A stretch of 63,839 nucleotides of DNA, counting the filler, from Deltaproteobacteria bacterium (GTDB taxonomy: Bacteria; JAUYMQ01), in assembly GCA_030698575.1 (NCBI GenBank). It is 11 parts of 11 records of this genome, joined end to end, with 100 filler letters (N's around TTAATTAATTAA, not from the genome) between each part and the next. Parts side by side here need not be neighbours in the genome. Positions count along the whole stretch, not along the records: positions 57,656 to 60,990 come from JAUYMQ010000384.1; positions 61,091 to 63,839 come from JAUYMQ010000412.1; 9 more parts are not named here. One strand, 5' to 3'. Made by a program: the position numbers and the translations under genes. Each line of letters opens with the position of its first letter. Position 1 is the stretch's first letter. Under the pieces are notes generated by a model. That model had not been told where the DNA came from. It saw nothing but the letters and a program-made list of their open reading frames with translations, and ran no database searches. This document shows positions 60,059 to 63,839 of this stretch, one piece after another.

Positions 60059-60094
60059 GCGCGCCGGCGCGTCGGGCAAAGAGGTAACGGAGAG

Positions 60095-60349
60095 ATGGCT
60101 CACAAGAAGGGACAGGGTTCCAGCCGCAACGGGCGCGACTCGCAGGGCCAGCGGCGAGGCGTCAAGGTTTATGCAGGATCGCGCGTGCGGGCCGGCGCCA
60201 TCCTGGTGCGGCAGCGCGGCACCCAGCTCCACCCCGGGCTGAACGTGGGGCTCGGGCGCGACTACACCCTCTTCGCCAAGGCGGACGGTCTCGTGAAGTG
60301 CGAACCCTTCCGCAACGGCAAGACCCGCGTGAGCGTCGTCAGCGGCTGA
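60095..60349 (+). CDS. rpmA: 50S ribosomal protein L27
   Basis: [21 protein letters not shown]. Confidence 0.98.
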   Translation: MAHKKGQGSSRNGRDSQGQRRGVKVYAGSRVRAGAILVRQRGTQLHPGLNVGLGRDYTLFAKADGLVKCEPFRNGKTRVSVVSG

Positions 60350-60440
60350 AGCCGCACGGACCTCGCATCCCGACCCCGAGACCGCGCGCGCCAGTAGCGC
60401 CGGCTCGGGGTTTTTCGTTCCCGGGGCCTGGAAGGGCACC

Positions 60441-60990
60441 ATGAAATTTATCGATGAAGCCAGCATCGTCGTAAAATCCGGACACGGTGGGCCGGGCTGC
60501 GTCTCTTTCCGGCGGGAGAAGTTCGTCCCGCACGGCGGACCCGACGGAGGAGATGGCGGCCGCGGCGGCAATGTCGTGCTCGTGGCCGATCCGCAGCTCT
60601 GGACGCTCATCGATCAGACCTATGCGCGACTCATCAGCGCCGAAAACGGACGGCCCGGCGAAGGGAAGCGCCGCTCGGGAGCAAAGGGCGCCGACCGTAT
60701 CGTCCGCCTTCCCGTGGGAACGGTCGTGACCGATCGGGACACGGGCACGGTGCTCGCCGATCTTGCCGATCCCGGCATGCGCGTCGTCCTCGCCCGGGGC
60801 GGGCGGGGCGGCAAGGGAAACACCTTCTTCGCGAGCCCCACGAACCAGGCGCCCCGGATGAGCCAGCCCGGCGGGGACGTGGAGGAGGTCCGGATCCGGC
60901 TCGAGTTGAAGCTGCTCGCCGATGCAGCCATCATCGGTCTGCCCAACGCCGGCAAGTCGACGCTGATCTCACGCATCAGCGCAGCGCGGC
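60441..60990 (+). CDS. obgE: GTPase ObgE, 3'-truncated
   Basis: FIDE, FRREKFVPHGGPDGGDGGRGG, GLPNAGKSTL. Confidence 0.97.
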
Positions 60991-61090
60991 NNNNNNNNNN
61001 NNNNNNNNNNNNNNNNNNNNNNNNNNNNNNNNNNTTAATTAATTAANNNNNNNNNNNNNNNNNNNNNNNNNNNNNNNNNNNNNNNNNNNN

Positions 61091-62660
61091 TCCAGCTCCG
61101 CGGCAGCAGGGTGTGACCTTCCAGCTGTACTGCCCGCTCAAGCAGTTCGGTCACGAGCCCGCGCACCCGGCGGCGGTCGATACCGTCGCTCATAACCGTT
61201 CCCGGCGGCAGTGGGACCTTCGCGCGAACCGCATCAGCCGGGAAGACGCCTCGGTCGATGATGCCAAAGGCTGTGCGGTCGGCCGCGGCTTCGTCACGCT
61301 CGAACAGCAGGTAGGGATTCGCCAGGATCTCGGCATCCGTCGTCTCTTCCGAGTAGTTGCGCTGGCTCGGCTGGTAGGCCCTGAACGCCTGATCGGGATT
61401 GAGGCTGCACCGGGCAATCAGGTCGAGAAGCTGCCGGCGAGGTTTGGCCAGCCCCCGCCACTTCTCGCGGTATGTGGATCCGAAGCCGAACGTCTCCGCT
61501 TGCGGGAACGACTTCGACGCGGCGGCGAACCCGTCAATGAACGAGAAGGCGTCGAAGATCTCCCCCTCCTTGCTTCCGACCCTCGCGATTTCGTGGGCGA
61601 GCAGCGCCCCATGCTCTAGTCCGAAGGCAGTCAGCGCGCTGCCGAGCCCGGGGTGGACTCCCCTCGCGGTCCAAAGGCGGGCGACCTCCCGGTCGATCCA
61701 GGCGAGCGCGGTCGATATGTCCGTCTCGATCACTTTTGCCGACGCCCTCAGCGCGCCGGCACAGGCGAGCAGCGACCCAATGGCGCCGTCATGACTAAGA
61801 TGCTCGGACCCGTACGAGAACGCGTCGAATTGATCGTCTGGCGCGAACGCGACACACTCGTCGACCGCAATGCCAGCGTCGGCATCCGCGGCGGCGAGCA
61901 CCTCGTAGTAGGGCATCAGGAACCCGTCTGCGCCACCGGGACGCAGGCTATGCCGAACGCACCGTTCCCATAGAACACCCTGCAGTTCGCCCGGCGCGTC
62001 GTAGGCGTATTCGGTATACTGGCCGATTCCTTTCACGCGTGCCGCCCCGATGATCACGCGGCTAGCGCTTTCGGAAAGCGGGGTCTTTTTTGCGTAGAAA
62101 AAGCAGAGGGAGGTTCCGGGCTCCAGCGCGCCGAAGAACGTGTCCAGCATGACGAGCTGGTTGGCCTTGTCCTGGACCCAGCCGGTCTTGAAGGAGAGTT
62201 CGGGTTCGCGTTCCGGCTCGTAGCCCAGGCGCAGTGCCGCCGCTTTCCCGACCTCCCCTGACTTCTCGTCGCCTTCCACGTTGGACTTCAGCATCCATCC
62301 GAAGGGAATGCAAGCCGCCGAAAAGGCTTCGAGCCTGAGCGTGGTCTCGCCAAAGTGCCCATGGCTCTCGGGGCTCGACGACTTGTAGGGATGCTGCTTC
62401 TTCACGACGAGGTCGTGGTCGGCCATGAAGCTAACCCGCTCGTCAATGCACGGCGGCATGACAGAGGTAGCAAGCTCCTCGAAGAGCTGTCCAGCTTGCT
62501 CGTCCTGGTCGTCGCGCTTTCCGGCAGCAATTCGGCTTAGGACGAGGCAAGAGGTGTTTGCCGAGGGGGAGGTGCACACGCGGCCGTTCCAGCCTCCGTC
62601 GTGCCAAGGCACGCGTATTGTCACATGCTGCGACGGCAGCTTCCTCGATCCCGAGATCAT
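61091..62660 (-). CDS. N-terminal half of a large RecD-like helicase/AAA ATPase, 3'-truncated
   Basis: HVTIRVPWHDGGWNGRVC N-terminus; ILANPY...F..ID...DRRR...EGHT RecD2-like pattern; the Walker A motif lies beyond the contig end. Confidence 0.65.
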
Positions 62661-63083
62661 TCGCCCCCCTTAGACCGCTTGCCGGCCTAAAAATCCCGCC
62701 AGATTTGCGGCCGCCCACCCGCAACGTTTCGCGCGTTTAGCGGCCTCACCATTGGTCGGGTACGCAAGCTTACAGCTGGCGCTCCCATTTGGAAGGCCAT
62801 TACCCAGAAAAAACTGAAGTTTCTGGACTCGCCACAAGCGACGTCGAACAGTGAAGGTTGAACGCATTGCTGGCTCGCGCCTTCTTGATAGTAGATAACT
62901 GTTTCCGTTGGCAGCAGACGTTCACGTTGAGACCGCGGAACGACTAGGACTGATCGAGAGCCGTCCCTGCGCGAACGACAGCTATCCCAATATCCCGGCT
63001 CAGAACCGGACAGTCGCCTCTCGGCCCCATTTCCGACGTTCATCGACGGTGTAGTGAATGATCCCCATCCTCCTGCCCCCCCA

Positions 63084-63450
63084 TCACCCACCCCCCAGCC
63101 CCACCAGCACCTCCCGTGTCGCCTCGTCCGCCGGAAACAGATGTTCGATCTGCCAGTCTGCCAGCGCAATATCTTCCGCCGTGCTGAACTGGCTCAGCGT
63201 CGAGAACAACGACAGCGTCGTCTCGCCCAGCCGGTAGCGGGTGGGAACGATGGCCTGGCTGCCGGGGTTATTCGTGGCGGTTCCGAGTTGGGCGGCGAGC
63301 CGCGCCGCCATCTGGTCGAGCCAGGCGTCGCCGCCGAGATGGGCGGACTGGCGCGCAGGCGGTGGACGAAATGGCGTGCCACTTCGTCCCGGTTTTCGAT
63401 CACCGCCGGCAATTGCGCCGGGTCGAGCAGCGCCTCGATCAGGTTGCTCG
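63084..63450 (-). pseudogene. Truncated, frameshifted MmyB-like (XRE-family) regulator ligand-binding domain
   Basis: IENRDEVARHFVHRLRA in one frame, then SAHLGGD...LSLFSTLSQFSTAEDIALAD.QIEHLFPADEAT in another (1-nt loss near 63349); no HTH. Confidence 0.7.
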
Positions 63451-63758
63451 GCAAAAAGCTTTTGCTACTTATACCTGCCCAAAGGCGATGCAAATGTGGA
63501 GTTCCAAGTTGAACCCATGAACAGTGGCGCCACGATGTCCGCAACTGTTGAGTTTTTCATGTGAAAGCCACGTTCGCGAGAGCGATGGCGGCCAAGGGGC
63601 ACAAGACGGCGATCGAACATTGTGATGGTCCGAACCAGCGGTCATCAAATCAATTGATGCATGTCAATACACCCGCGGAAAAACAGGTCTCTAGTAATCA
63701 CGGAGTGCGGTTTGGGCCGGCTTCATTGAAGAGTTGCCGAAATGGAGGAATGATTCAG

Positions 63759-63839
63759 ATGACTACGTTCTCAAAATTACTTCGAGTGGGGGCGGCGGCA
63801 ATTGTTGCTGCCGGTGTTCTTGCCGCGGGCGCGGCCAAT
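63759..63839 (+). CDS. Start of a secreted protein (signal peptide only)
   Basis: SD GGAGG; MTTFSKLLRVGAAAIVAAGVLAAGAAN. Confidence 0.55.
   Translation, partial: MTTFSKLLRVGAAAIVAAGVLAAGAAN

Overview
The window is not continuous DNA. It is 11 short contigs joined by artificial 100-nt linkers (N44-TTAATTAATTAA-N44), typical of a concatenated metagenome bin. Most contigs come from a high-GC, probably diderm (Deltaproteobacteria/Myxococcota-like) organism. They encode a 2-oxoacid:ferredoxin oxidoreductase/RnfB/PFOR cluster, corA, a GT2-queD-queD-folE operon with an intein in folE, a heteromeric-looking acyl-CoA dehydrogenase pair, htrA, rpoZ, a TMTC-like/flippase glycosylation locus, ppiD, malic enzyme, tRNA-Ala(GGC), a VWA-TonB-DxDxDG cluster, thiG-thiE-cofH, mscL, an ethylbenzene-dehydrogenase-like ebdABC operon and rng-rplU-rpmA-obgE. 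Contig 52907-57555 looks like Patescibacteria (sortase, FKBP, DUF5663-like), and contig 61091-63839 may be from a third organism. Most notable: (1) an identical 133-bp non-coding element at two contig starts, fused at the same TG dinucleotide into two different copies of a palindromic REP-like repeat, with a bridge/seekRNA-like guide loop, consistent with a REP-targeting IS110/IS1111 right end; (2) a LAGLIDADG intein at the Zn-binding Cys of FolE; (3) cofH apparently operonic with thiG-thiE, possibly replacing ThiH/ThiO as the dehydroglycine source. All calls come from motif recognition by eye; no database searches were run.
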